Source: Camelus dromedarius (taxonomy: Eukaryota). Taken from it: a stretch of DNA of 64,000 bases. Positions 52,251 through 64,000 of this stretch are shown piece by piece. Made by a program: the position numbers and the translations under genes. How positions within the stretch are numbered: position 1 is the first letter of the stretch; each line of letters begins with the position of its first letter. The notes below the pieces were generated by a model, which ran no database searches, had not been told where the DNA came from, and saw nothing but the letters and a program-made list of their open reading frames with translations. The stretch covers positions 6,388,001-6,452,000 of the forward strand of contig NC_087438.1 of the NCBI RefSeq assembly GCF_036321535.1, given 5' to 3'.

Positions 52251-53329
52251 GTGTGGAAGGAGACAGAGCTGTGCTTGTTGGCTCTGACCATCTCTGGCCA
52301 GGATCAATGACCCTGTGGACCTGCCCTGAGTTCCTCTGGCCTGTCTGATGTCACAAACTGGCACTGAATCACAGAGAGCCCGGGATGACACTACCACTAT
52401 CACTATTAATTTTTCAGGGGCATAAATGCTATCTTGTCAACCAGAACATAAGCTTCTACTGAGTTCTCATGTCCCTTTCTTTCCTGCCAAAAGGCAGGGC
52501 ACATAGTCAGCACCTGACACCTACCTGTCAATATGATTTTACTTCAGAATTTCTATTTCTTGAAAGCTTGAAATGAGAGCCTCAAAGCCATCCAGGTAAT
52601 TGCTTCCTTCCAAGAAAATGTCTTCATTAAATGTCTTTGACTTCTTAAGGGTTTATGAAGCCATTCTTTCCACCTCCCTTCCAGAGGCATAGGAAAAACA
52701 AACTTTCTCTAATTTTAAATTGCAAGAGAAACTTATCGTGGAAGAAACACAAACTTGTATTTTTAAACCCACAGTTGCCAACATCCAGCCGTTTTATACT
52801 CATGGTATGGACAGTTGGTTAATTGCTGGGGTTTTTTTTTTTTTTTTGCAATAATAATAATAAATCTAATGACTCTCATTAAATTTAGCACCATGCTTGA
52901 CCTCAGTTGGTCACATCTATAGCATTTTTCTTCCATGTCTGCTTCTCCTGTACCATTTGTTCATCTAACTTCTTTTTCCACTTTTCTCTCCTCCTCCAAA
53001 TTTAGATTTATTTAGATCAATTATTGATCTGCCTTATGCCTAGTTCAGCCATGCTACACCCAGCAGTCAGAATTAAGTAACTGTTAACCCAAACCAGTCA
53101 TTGATATTCAGGTGGAGAAGGAGGGGATGCTGGTATATTTTGCAAAAATCAATCGAACAATAAAATGATGAATGCTGTTGTGTCTATGTTAGCTCTACAT
53201 TAACCAACTGTGTTAGCTCTACACTTCTCTCTAAAGAGAAAAGAAATGAAGAACAAGTGGTTCCTTGATTCACAAACCACAATTACAGTCTGTATATTCC
53301 ACCCTCTCTGACATCACCTGGTAGTACCT

Positions 53330-53371
53330 GTGCCAACAGAGGTATAAGTGGTGCCAACAGAGGTATAAGTG
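53330..53371. repeat. Perfect 21-bp tandem duplication
   Basis: gtgccaacagaggtataagtg x2 (53330-53350, 53351-53371). Confidence 0.95.
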
Positions 53372-54469
53372 GTTTGGGAAAATGTGGACATTTAATTAAT
53401 CATATATCATATATCACATTTTATATATTGAGAGACAAGAAAATAAAATGGGGAACAGAAGCTCAGATCACCCACAGCAGTGCCTAATCATCAAATCTTG
53501 TCTATCTGTCTCTGAAATGCGGCCAGACGGCACGTGGGCTTGCCGCTCTACATCTGTGACATGGGGTCCCCTCTGATCACCACCCAGCTCAGCTCCACTG
53601 TAGCTGCTCAGCATTTAAGGCTGGAAGTGGCGTGACTCTTTGGGGTCATGGAAGGAATAACCAGTGAAAAAGCCTCAGCACGTGCTACCGGCATCACTTT
53701 GGGGAATCACACACGCGCATGAGATATTCTCCAACAACATCAGCAAAGCTGCCCCAAAGCAGGGCAGCAGACTCTTGGGCTGGGCCAGACACCGTGAGAT
53801 GGACACTGAAACCCCTCCTTCTGTTCTCTCCTGAATTATTCCTGCCGTTCCTCATACAAGAATTGACATTATGCCTCCTTCATGTCATTACCTATTGGTG
53901 CCAAACTCCCCACTTGGCATATCCAAATACTCAGTGCTGTCCAGGTACCTTGGCAATAAGCTCTTCATAGATCCACAGACCAGCTGACCAGCTTAACCTC
54001 TCAGAACTGCAAACCCCACACCTGTCATCTACTTTGTCCAAGGACCCTGGACTCCTAACACTTCCCCGACAGAGCAGACCAGGTCGCTGGCTCTTCTTTC
54101 ACATGGAGAACTCAGGGTGGAACTGGCTTCCTAATGAGCTGACAGTCTAGCCTCACTCCCAGACCTACAAGGTCCACATTTCAGTCATTCATTCATCCAC
54201 TCATTCATTCATTTTCTCTCTCACTCCTTCACTTGCTCTGTTTTCCTCCTTCTTTCTTTTCTCTTCTAGCCCCACTAAGATTTTAAACCATCTCTCAAGT
54301 CTCACCATCTCTCACCATCACTCAAAGCCAATAAAGCCAGAGCAGAATTTCCTGCTTTCCATCCCCTCAACGCCCTCAAACACCCAGCTCCTCACACTCG
54401 TCTCCCTGCTGCTTTCTAGCACTTCTGTGCTTAGATCCCTGTTCTCACAGCCTGTGCTTAGATCCATTC

Positions 54470-54602
54470 CCATACTCTTGTGAAGCAGGAAACTTGATGA
54501 CCCTAAATCCTTATTCAGTAGGCATGGAAGGGATTTGGGGATTTCCACCTTTAAAAGTCTATTCAAGTGAATCTGATGATATAACAGGTTTGAGAACCAC
54601 TC
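54470..54602. mobile_element. MER5-like hAT element
   Basis: attcagtagg...caagtgaatctgatg...ggtttgagaaccact. Confidence 0.65.
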
Positions 54603-57149
54603 AAATAATGGGTTTAAAAAATCAGTGAGCCTCTTGTTCTAGCTTGCATTTGTAATACTCATTCTACTGGAAAAGGCAGTCCATGGAGATAAACTAACTT
54701 TTGTGGGTTAGAATTAAGTGAACAAAGAGAGAGATGAGAGCCCAAATAATCCACAGAGCGTGTTTGGATCACGGGCTTGGTAGAATTTTTACAGTGGTTC
54801 GGGTTGTATGTGGAAGTAAAAAGGGAAAGGGATGGGCAGTGAGGAAGCAGGGGAGTCGCTGTTCCCCTTATCCTGCTCGTCAGTATTTATGTTAGAAGGC
54901 TGCAGCCAGGAGGTCTGACATCTAATCTGGAGTCCACCAAGGTTAGAGATGTGCGATACTAATAAGTTTCAAGTTCAAGTTCAAGTTCAAATGCAAAGTC
55001 CAGATAAAGACGGTGCCTATCAAACAGAAGCCCTGATAAGATTCAATGCATGCTGGGCTCTTAGCACTGACGGATGTATGTTTAATGATATCTCAGTGGT
55101 GGCTGAGATCACCATTATACCAGCAAGAATCAGGAAAATTTAATCTCTTTATATTGTTAAATATCTTCAAAGAATTACTTTGCTCATATCTGGAAGATCT
55201 AACTGGAAATCACTGTACTCATCCAAAAAGCACTCAATGATCCTAGTCTACATAGAAGGAGCAGAAAATATAGTTTCTATTCACCAAATAACAACTCTGA
55301 TCAACCAGTGGAGCAAACAGATGATTACTTATCATCTAAAGGGTATTTTAATGTAATGAATAATAATTAAGCCTTAAAACTTCAAATGCTACTGTGTTAA
55401 TTTAAGGGTATGTAATTGGGGCAGGGAAATATAGAGCTGAATTCCACATGAGGAAGGAAGAAGGTCTAAAGAACATCAGTTATTTTAGAAGGTCAGGAAA
55501 AAGGTCATTAGTGTATGAAACGTGTAATTAATGTACTATCTATACCTCCATTTATGGACTTGCCATGTTTTGGAGGTTGACCTATGAATCTATATTTAAA
55601 CTGCTGGGACAAACTGAAATTTGTCAAAAACTGGTAAAACAGTTTTCTTTTTTAAAAAAGTTAGTGATATATGAATACAGAGCTCTCCAAGCAAAAGGCT
55701 GCATGTATGTGATGTAACTATGCTATAACTGTGAAATATACATTTTCCATGAAAATAGAAAAGTCTTTGTGCTCTATTTGAAAAATAGTACTTTCCACAA
55801 ATGTATTTATTAGAAAATAATGTGCCCCCCTTTTTTTTTTTTTTTGGTAGAGTTCACTCCCACTTTGAATGCTATGGGAAAAAAAACTAATATTTTGGGG
55901 CTTGAAAATTAACTTAAGACCTAATAAAAGAGTAAAAAATAATATTTACATTTATAGGAAGATAACAATGCTACAATAAGGCATTAAATAATTTCACCAG
56001 CAATTTACTTATGACATCCATGCCATGTACCAAAGGGTTTTGTTCATGGTGAATCACCTTTTTCCCTCTTTTCCAATTTATTTCAAGCATAAACTATCTT
56101 CCCAAGTTTACTGTTTCTGATCATGAATCTTCTTTCCTCTAAAAACTCTTCCTCTCTTCCTGTGTCCCTGACAGTGATCAATGAGTTCAAGATCATATAT
56201 ATTTGCTTCCATCATGCTTCACAATGACAAGGGCCATTTTAATTATGCTTTTCTTGGAGAAAAAAATCACCTTTTATTAGAGCAACACTTTGACTCACAC
56301 ATGCAAAGCTAATTTAAAAAAAAGCCATCAATGTAAAATCTCTACTTACCAGGGTAAATAAATCACAAATTATTTTTTGACTCAGGGAACACATTTACAT
56401 TTATGGTTATGTGTAATTCCATTTTATACTCAGTCACCAAAAGGCATCACATAATATTATGTGCTTGGCCAGATCTTTATAATGCCTAATTTTTTTTATG
56501 TTTACATTTGATAACTTTTATGCTCAAGGTTAATTTGCTTGTTTTTTTTTCTAATTGCAAAGGGAAATCTGCATTTTAGAAAGTCTCTGATCAAATATAA
56601 ATGTAAAACATTGTACAGAAAGTAACCTGCTCTAGATGTAACACCTTAGGAGCTTTAAATTTCAGGATTAATTTATGAAATAATGCCTCCAAAATATGTT
56701 ATAATTTTTACATTTCAGGATTACTACGGACAGCAACTGTATTGGGCAGGAAAGGGAGAGAAGGGGCAGGGAAAACAGAGTCAGACATCATGCTCCCAAC
56801 AGCGTGGGCTCAAAAAATACGTGAAAGCACCCTCCTCTCCTCAAGGAGCTTTAACTGAGTTACGGCACAAGCTTCAGGATCTCCCTCTGGGAGACAACGC
56901 AATGGAAGCCATATGTGATGGGCAAAGAACGGCAGTGAAATGTCACAGACAACAACCAGCACCACTGGATGCTCCACTATAAAGAAACGAAGGGGTTGTG
57001 GGAAAGAGACGAAAAACGAGGTGGCATGGTGGTTACTAAAAATATCTAATAACAGCCAAATGTTCTAAAGTGACTAATTCAAACTTAAAAAATACTTCTT
57101 TTCTAAATTCCGTACCATCAACTAAACTATTCCACTGGAGGGGGTTATC

Positions 57150-57400
57150 TATTTACTTGTGTGTGCACATATACACACATGCACACGTGTGTGCACACAC
57201 ACACACGGGATTAAAGAATATATATACACCTCTTGGGAAGTAAAGGAAATGCTGGCTATCTTGACTGGTGGTGCTGTCCTGGGCGTATACATCTATCAAA
57301 ATTCATCAAATTGTACATCTGAAATATGTGTAGTTTGTAGGAACCACACCACAATAAAGGTATTAAAAATAAATAAAAATTTAAAGAAAATAAATAATAT
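57150..57400 (+). mobile_element. Old L1 (L1MC/ME-like) 3' end with (CA)/(TG) simple repeat
   Basis: tatcttgactggtggtg...tcaaaattcatcaaattgtaca...aaatatgtg...caataaag plus A-rich tail. Confidence 0.65.
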
Positions 57401-57457
57401 ATAGATATAAATTTGGGTGACCAAAATGTCATCTTTCATTAAAAATGATACTGATAT

Positions 57458-57933
57458 TGCTAAAGGTTGAATGGTGTCCCCCTCCCCCTGCAAAAAAGAT
57501 ATGTTGAAATCCTAACCCCCAGTACCTCAGAATGTGATCTGACTTGGAAGTGAGGTTTTTATAGAAGTGATCAAGTTCTGATGAGGTCACTAGGGTGGTC
57601 CCTAATCCAGTATTACTGGTGTCCTATGAAAAGGGGACATTTGGACACTGAGATGGATAAGCCCAGAGGGAAGCTGACGTGAAGTCACACAGGGAGAAGG
57701 TGGCCACGTGGCTGGGGTGACAGCTCCAAGCCAGGGAAGGCCAAGGACTGGTGCAAACACCAGAGGCTGGAAGAAGCAAAGAAGGACCTCCCCCGGTGCC
57801 TGCAGGGAGAGCAGGGCCCTGCTGACACCTTGATTTCGGATTTCTGGGCTCCAGACCCATGAGGTAATGTATTCCTGTTGTTTAAAACACTCGGTTTGTG
57901 TTCGTCTGTTTCGGCAGCCTTAGTAAACTGACA
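57458..57933 (+). mobile_element. MLT1 (MLT1B/C-like) solo LTR
   Basis: ggttgaatggtgtccc...aatcctaacccccagtacctcagaatgtga...gctgacaccttgatttcggatttctgg...cagccttagtaaact. Confidence 0.87.
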
Positions 57934-59837
57934 CGATGCTTAGAATCAAAGCATCACAATACAGTCTTTTTTTGGAAAGGCTTTTGAAAAGTTCTTTCAA
58001 ATAAGTAAAAGTATATAAATAATAAAAAATATTTACATAGTTTAATTTTTTACTGCTGTGCTGATTCCATTTTTAAAAGACTATTAACTAAGAATTCTGT
58101 TCTCTGGCACAGAATTTTGAGCAAGGCTTTTAAAGGAAAGTCTCTCTGATTCAGTTTCTTTTTCAAGACTGTGATAGTAGCTAACTGTTTTGCCGCTTTA
58201 CATATGCAAAGTGACATCTTTAGTTTAAAAAAAAAAAGGAGAGTCATATTCAAACACTTTGAAATGGTCCCATTGTTGGATGGTTTTCAAACCACTACCA
58301 TAATATTTTAGTAATGAGCTCTCACAGTCTTTGCTCTGCCCACTGTTGAGTGGAAGCCATTAGCCTAAGTAAATAACCTGCCTTATGGAGCTGTTAGGAG
58401 CACGGGATCTCTTCAGTTAGCCATTTGGACAGGCTTGATAAACCAAGCCCACCATCAACTGGCCATTAAAGGCACAGAGTGAGCTAGATTTGCTGCATCC
58501 TTAATATTAATTAAACACTGGTGGTGAGCTTAACTGTTCAGAAGAACGGGACACCCACAGCAACCGAACGTGCAAATCTCAGAATCTGAGAGCTGAATGG
58601 GCCTTTGGAGATCACCAGTCCATCCAGCCTCATCCTGCTGGAACGGAGGACGGCAAGTTAGAGCAGGGACAGGAGAGTCGTCCTGGCATGAAGAAACAGC
58701 CTGGCATGGACCGGGACAGTTAAAAGAATACATGCCAGGAGCCGATGTGAAGGGGGGTATAGACAAAGGCATTGGGTCTGAGCAGGGGAAACAGCAAGGG
58801 GAGACACAGACAGGAGGTCTGAATTCAGCTGGAAACGAGGCAGGAAAGTTGGGAATGGTTAATTAATGTCCATCTTGCCCTGGGGACTTTCTCCAAGCGG
58901 ACCTTGCTTGAGCATCAGGTCTGTCTCGGGCTGGGAGCTGGCTGACGGAATGGGGAGGGAAAGGCAGTGAGGGGGAGAAATGGGCAGAAGAGTGTCATCG
59001 GCAACGGCCCTAGTCGACCTTGGCAGGGCGGGGCTCAGGTGCCAACTTTAAGCTTCCCCTTAGGCATAGCCTTTCACAGAATTTCATCATCTGTCAACGC
59101 CTGTCATTTAAACAGGTTTTGGGAAGAAGGCCATAACTTCGAAACACTTCGCTCTGCTCTCCTAACTCAAGCTATAAAAAGCCAAAGAATATTTACAAGG
59201 AAAACTTGGCAGGGATTATCACGAATGGCAGAGAGAAGAGCAAGGCTTCACACTTCCTTTTTCCCTTGGGGGGCTGGACCGCGCATGCCCGAGTGCACCT
59301 GAAACGTAACAGGAGGGGGAGCTCCTGAAAGCAGCTGGGGTGAGGAGTCCAAGCCCCCAGGCTGTCACCCTGGCACACTGCTGCACTGGAACAACACCCA
59401 GAAAGTAAGCAGCGCCACCCTCTCAATGCCTGCGGCTGTACCTGAAGGTGTTCCCGGGACGCTGCGCTCCCGCACCAGCCTCAGGGATTCGGGGACACCA
59501 TACAGCACCTGCTGGTGCAACAGGCCAAGCTGAGCTGTGATCATCCTCAACGAGTCCTCTTCCAGGGTATCGCTGAGATGGGCGTTAGGACAAATGAGCT
59601 CTCTGACGGCATCGACCCCTTGTACGTCAAAGGCACGTCCACCCCAGAAAACAGTCGGAAGGGCAGGTTTCCGTGGTCCATTTGTTTTGCCAGAGAAAAT
59701 CCATTCCCTCCACTTCAGCTACAGGAAAGGCAGGATTTCCACTGGTCTCTGTGCTCTCCGATTTCCTGTTCTCTGACCTCTTTGCCTTTCTGTCGGAAAA
59801 CACTTATCATCACCATTGGGCGATGTGGGCATAGAGC

Positions 59838-60049
59838 CATGTTTCTCAAGTGGGGACGATTCTGCCCCCCAGGAGACACCTGGCAATGTCTGGGGACGGC
59901 ACAACTGGGAGACGAGGTAGGGCTGGCATTTGGTGTACAGAGGTCAGGGCTGCTGCCCTATCCTACACCCTGCACTGCACAGGACAGCCCCCTCAAAACA
60001 AAGAATTTTCAGACCTAAATGTGAATGATGCTGGGGTGAAGAAGCCCTG
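59838..60049. mobile_element. MER20 hAT-Charlie element
   Basis: tttctcaagtggggacgattctgcccccca...ggcaatgtctgggg...gcacaggacagccccc...gaagccctg. Confidence 0.82.
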
Positions 60050-60201
60050 AGAAAGAGGAAGCAGGAATAGTCATTTTTAAAAAAATCTTGCAGCCGTAAC
60101 ACAAGGAGAAGCCTGAGAGCATGACAAATAGGTAAGGTCTCTTTGAAGCAAAGACGCATAAATTTGGAAAGATATCTTCTAAAGACTCCCTGAACTCTAC
60201 C

Positions 60202-60638
60202 TGCACTGGTTGAGAGGTGGCCTCAAAAATGACATACCTACCCAGACCCTGTGAATGGGATCTTATTTGGAGAAAGGATCTTTGCAAACCCAATTACGTT
60301 AAGGACCTCGAGATGAGATCATCCTAGATTATCAAATGGATCCTAAATCCAACGACAAGTGTCCTTCTAAGGGGAAGGTGAGGGAGATTTGAGACAATGA
60401 CACAGAGAGGACCTTATGAAGAAGAGGGAGAGATTGGAGTGATGCACCAAAAAGCCAAGAACCTCCTCACGGGTCACCAGAAGCTGGAAGAGACAGGAAG
60501 GATGCTCCACCAAAGCCTGCGGAGGAAGTGTGTGGATTTCAGACTCTGGTCTCCACAACAGTGAGGGAACACATTTTTCTTGGTTTAAGCCACTAGATTT
60601 GCAGTACTTTGTTACAGCAGCCCTAGGAAATGAATACA
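60202..60638 (+). mobile_element. MLT1 (MLT1C-like) solo LTR
   Basis: gatgagatcatcctagatta...cagaagctggaagag...gttacagcagccctaggaaatgaataca; TSD ctacc/ccacc. Confidence 0.87.
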
Positions 60639-61458
60639 CCACCACAAGGACAGTATGTTCAGTCTTAACATTTATTCTCTCTTAACAAACAGAACTGCCC
60701 CGTTTAAATGTGACGTCCAAGTGGATTCTTTGAGATCTGTATTTATAAGCCAAGTGTGTTTCTCGTAGCTAAATGACTCCCTCAAACATGGTAATGTTTA
60801 TTCTAAACAGAAGATCACACTCGGTATACGCATCAGACCCAACGCTGCAAAGACCGCATATTTTCTCAAAGGGTGACAGATTTTAGGCAGCAGGTTCAGA
60901 AGCCTCAGTTGTCTCAAAGTAAGTGTACTCTGGCATTCTAATCTGTCCTGAGAAGTTTTGATATTAACAGCAGGCAGAAGTAAAATCATTTTAACCAAGC
61001 CCTTAGGACTTGTCTGTATCACTGTGTCAGTGATAAAAACTCAACTCCAGCTAGTTTAAGCCAAAAGCAAAAGTTTTAAAATATTTTGTAAGCAGAAAGT
61101 ACAATATGAGAAATCCAGATGTAAGCACAGACAAGCCCAGGAATTCCAAATATACTGCAAGAATTCAACAGTGTTGATTCCTAGTTATGGCAGCCTCTGT
61201 TGGGCCTTATTCTTCAACAGACACCATATAGTGACAAAGTGGCTGCCAAGTAGCCCATGGTGACATCATCCTTCGAGCTTATGATACCAAAGGAGAGATT
61301 AGCCCTGTTTCTTTCAGGGCGTATTTCAAGGTCCTTTAAGGCCACTAATTAGCTGTCCTTAGGTTGTTCACAGAACCCTGGACCAAAGAGAAGGGATGCT
61401 TTTATTTGGCTTCCTGGGTCACCAACCTGACTGCAAGATACAAGAAATAGAGGTCACG

Positions 61459-61957
61459 TGCATTACTTTCCTATGGCTGCTGTAATAAATTGCTATACAT
61501 TTGGTGGCTTGAGTGAATAGAATTTTATTCTCTCAAGAGTTTTGGAGACCAGAAGTCAGAAATCAGCATCATTGGATCAAAATCAGTGTGTCAGCAGAGC
61601 CAGGCTCCCTCCAGAGGCTCCAGGAGAGAACTCTTCGTTTCCTCATCCAGTATATGGTGGCCACCACATGCCTTGGCTTGTGGTCGCATCACTCCAGTCT
61701 TCAGAGACAACTTCCTCAAGTCTCCCTCTGCTCCATCTTCACGGGAGTTCCTTCTCTGCATGTGTGTGTGTCAAACCCCCTCCGCCTCACTCTTTAAAGT
61801 GCTCTTATGAATGCATTTAAGGCTTGCCCGTACAATTCAGGATAACCTCCCCATCTCAAGAGTCCTAACTTCACTACATTTTTTGCCATAATAAGGTCAC
61901 ATTCACGGGTTCCAAAGATTCGGCATCTTCTGAGGGGCTGTTTTTCAACCCACCGCA
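61459..61957 (-). mobile_element. MLT1 solo LTR nested in an older, degraded MLT1-like LTR (~61000-62050)
   Basis: tgcattactttcctatggctgctgtaa...caggataacctccccatctcaag...caacccaccgca; TSD tcacg/tcatg (CpG decay). The flanks carry older MaLR motifs (aaactcaactccagctagtttaagcc, ccctggaccaa). Confidence 0.8.
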
Positions 61958-62123
61958 TCATGTCACTGGCAATACTGCCACAATCACAGAGAGTGAGGTT
62001 CTGGTAATCACAGAAGAAAAATAAACAAGCAAGGCAAGTGACAGGTGCCCCTGAAAGGCGAAAACATGGGCTCTTTCAGTTAACCCCACTGTTGCTGACT
62101 CTCTAGGTACCAGGAAGTCATTA

Positions 62124-62338
62124 GAGTGGACCCTTGAAAGACGGGCTTTGAGGCACCGACCCTCACACAGTCAAAAATCCTCAAATAGCCTCACAGTCAA
62201 CTCCCTGTATCCACGGTTCTGTATTCTCAGATTCAAACAACCACTGACCATGCAGTATTGCAGGACGTGTTTATTGAAAAAAAATCCACACCTGGTGAAC
62301 GTGCACATTTCAAACCCATGTTGTCCAAGGGTCAACTG
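62124..62338. mobile_element. TcMar-Tigger (Tigger2/MER8-like) MITE
   Basis: TIRs gagtggacccttgaa.../...caaacccatgttgtccaagggtcaactg, preceded by TA. Confidence 0.82.
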
Positions 62339-63349
62339 CGTGTATTTGAACAGCCACATAAGCCAGGTGGACTCTCATACCTGCTTTACCTTTACGGGGG
62401 ACTAAGAAACAGATAGTGGTGCAGATACCATTTAATTTCATTCTCATTTTCATGTCCTGTTCTGGGCTGTTTCATGTTCATTCTGGGCTGTTCCTCAGAG
62501 CAGATTCGCAATGATCATAAAAGCACGATCCCAGATCCCAGGTCTCCAAGCTGCCATGACATTAAAGTCAACCACATCTAGACAAAGCCGAAGCTTTAGA
62601 ACTGCGACAGAGCCAGCTGCTGTGCAGTTTAGAGACCTGAAGCTCACATGCTAGCACAGCAGGGAACCATGCTGATGGTGGAAAAGAAGATAAGGAATGT
62701 TCTTTCAGCATTTTCTCTCTGACTCTTACTAGGCTCAGGCTGAGAGGGACAGGAAGGGACCCCTCTAGAAACTCTAATGATAATATGGCAAGAAGTTTTG
62801 AAATCAGGTTGTAAAATGTTGCCTATTTTCTTTTCTATCATGACTCTATTTAAATTCATTAGCCTTTGAAGTTACTAAAAATAATACATATATGGCAGTC
62901 AATTTGGAAAATTATAGTAAAGTATAAAAAGGTGAATGAGAGATGAGCACCGGTTAATTTACTTATTTCAGATACTAAATATAACTTAAATATAAAAATG
63001 AAAAGAACTTGAAAATCAAATCGAAGGAATACCTGAATTTCATATTTCTTCACCATACATGTAGACTCCTAAAACATTATTAAAAGGTACCATTAAATTA
63101 AAAAAAAAAAGTTTTAAACATGTAGAGGCTGAGGTCATTAAGGTAGTTTTTTTAATCACATGTTTCTTTATACAACATGTTTATGTTTCCAATTGGTAAA
63201 AGTCGGATTGGCTATTTAAGAAGACTCAAAATAAACGAATAAAAACCAATTCTTGATAATTACAAAGTTTAAGAAACCCTGTATAAAATATTTTGAAATG
63301 GAGTCAATTTTAAAAATCTTAAGCTTGCTTTTAGCCTGATTCCCAAAGA

Positions 63350-63900
63350 AATAGAGAAGCCAGAAGATGAGCATTTATCAAGAAAAATATTCCATTTATA
63401 AAAGACAAAGCAGTTGTTGGGGAAATTTTCAATTATTGAAAATGGATTGTGTCCCAAACTACAATAAATCCTAAGAAATTATACACAAATAAAGACTGCG
63501 GTCTTTACATTCCATCCGCATTTGTTGCTTTCACTTTCTTCTACTAAACATCATCCCAAATTTGTTTTATATTTGCAGTACATTCTTCTTGTATATTCAT
63601 TATTTACCTTTATTTTCCCATAGACTTTCTAATTGTATTTCTACATTTCCTGTTGATAAAAACAACCATCCTATAATTAACCACTTTCCAGTTGTTATCG
63701 TTGTGATTTAGAGAAAAAAAAATCTACTTTTTTCATTTTTATGAGACTCTTTAATTTCTCCTTGCATATTTTTAGATGAATCGTGTATCTGAGACATTAT
63801 ATATTTATTTCTATGAATTCTTTCTTGATGATGGATTTCTCTTTCCCATGGCAGCCTCTTCATGTTTTATGGGTACAATATCTTCTTCATATTATTTTTT
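63350..63900 (-). mobile_element. Old L1 fragment (degraded)
   Basis: T-rich antisense L1-like text (tttacattccatc, gtatttctacatttcc, agactctttaat). Confidence 0.45.
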
Positions 63901-64000
63901 TAACTGAAGTTAAACATGCACTTAATTTATAAAGACATCCATGAGGCTGAACACAGAAAGCTGAAGTAAGCGGTCTACGCTGGGGTCAACACACTGTTGT

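Larger units (their letters stand above)
10678..64000 (-). other. SEMA5A: Long SEMA5A intron upstream of the 63-nt exon (previous exon ...NYLFRLQLEDLSLIQ not seen in window)
   Basis: Precedes the AG acceptor and is repeat-rich. No match to the expected preceding exon found by eye; SEMA5A is known to have very long 5' introns. Confidence 0.7.

Noticed and set aside
57159..57205. Palindromic gtgtgtgcacacac segments
   Set aside because: Expected from adjacent (TG)n and (CA)n simple repeats.
1..64000. CRISPR arrays, operons, rRNA or other prokaryotic or viral coding systems
   Set aside because: No regularly spaced repeats or gene-dense coding sequence; composition and repeats are those of a mammalian intron.

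Overview
This is mammalian genomic DNA, most likely camelid (inferred from Vic-1-like tRNA-derived SINEs and camelid-type L1 3' ends). The whole window appears to lie inside the semaphorin-5A gene (SEMA5A), transcribed on the minus strand. Only one coding exon is visible: a 63-nt phase-0/0 exon at 10615-10677 (-) encoding AVEWECDETTKKACYSKGKSK of the Sema domain, with canonical splice sites; the ORF track misses it. The rest is intron containing the usual mammalian repeats: ERV1/ERVL solo LTRs (many with readable TSDs), MaLR MLT1 LTRs, L1 3' fragments, L2, L3/CR1, MIR, hAT and Tigger DNA transposon fossils and simple repeats. I see no convincing new multi-gene system, and none of the listed ORFs looks like a host gene (one is an L1 ORF2 remnant). 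Best leads: (1) a perfect 22-bp hairpin inside an old MIR at 28532-28579; (2) a 163-nt non-TE insert with a perfect 18-bp TSD at an L1 endonuclease site (49690-49888); (3) an unidentified CCAAT-rich insert nested in an MLT1 LTR (20762-21036); (4) a twin-primed, 5'-inverted L1 (12407-12723); (5) a dense cluster of antisense solo LTRs at 29.5-35.3 kb. Repeat family names and the human SEMA5A comparison come from my memory of the consensus sequences, not from a database search.
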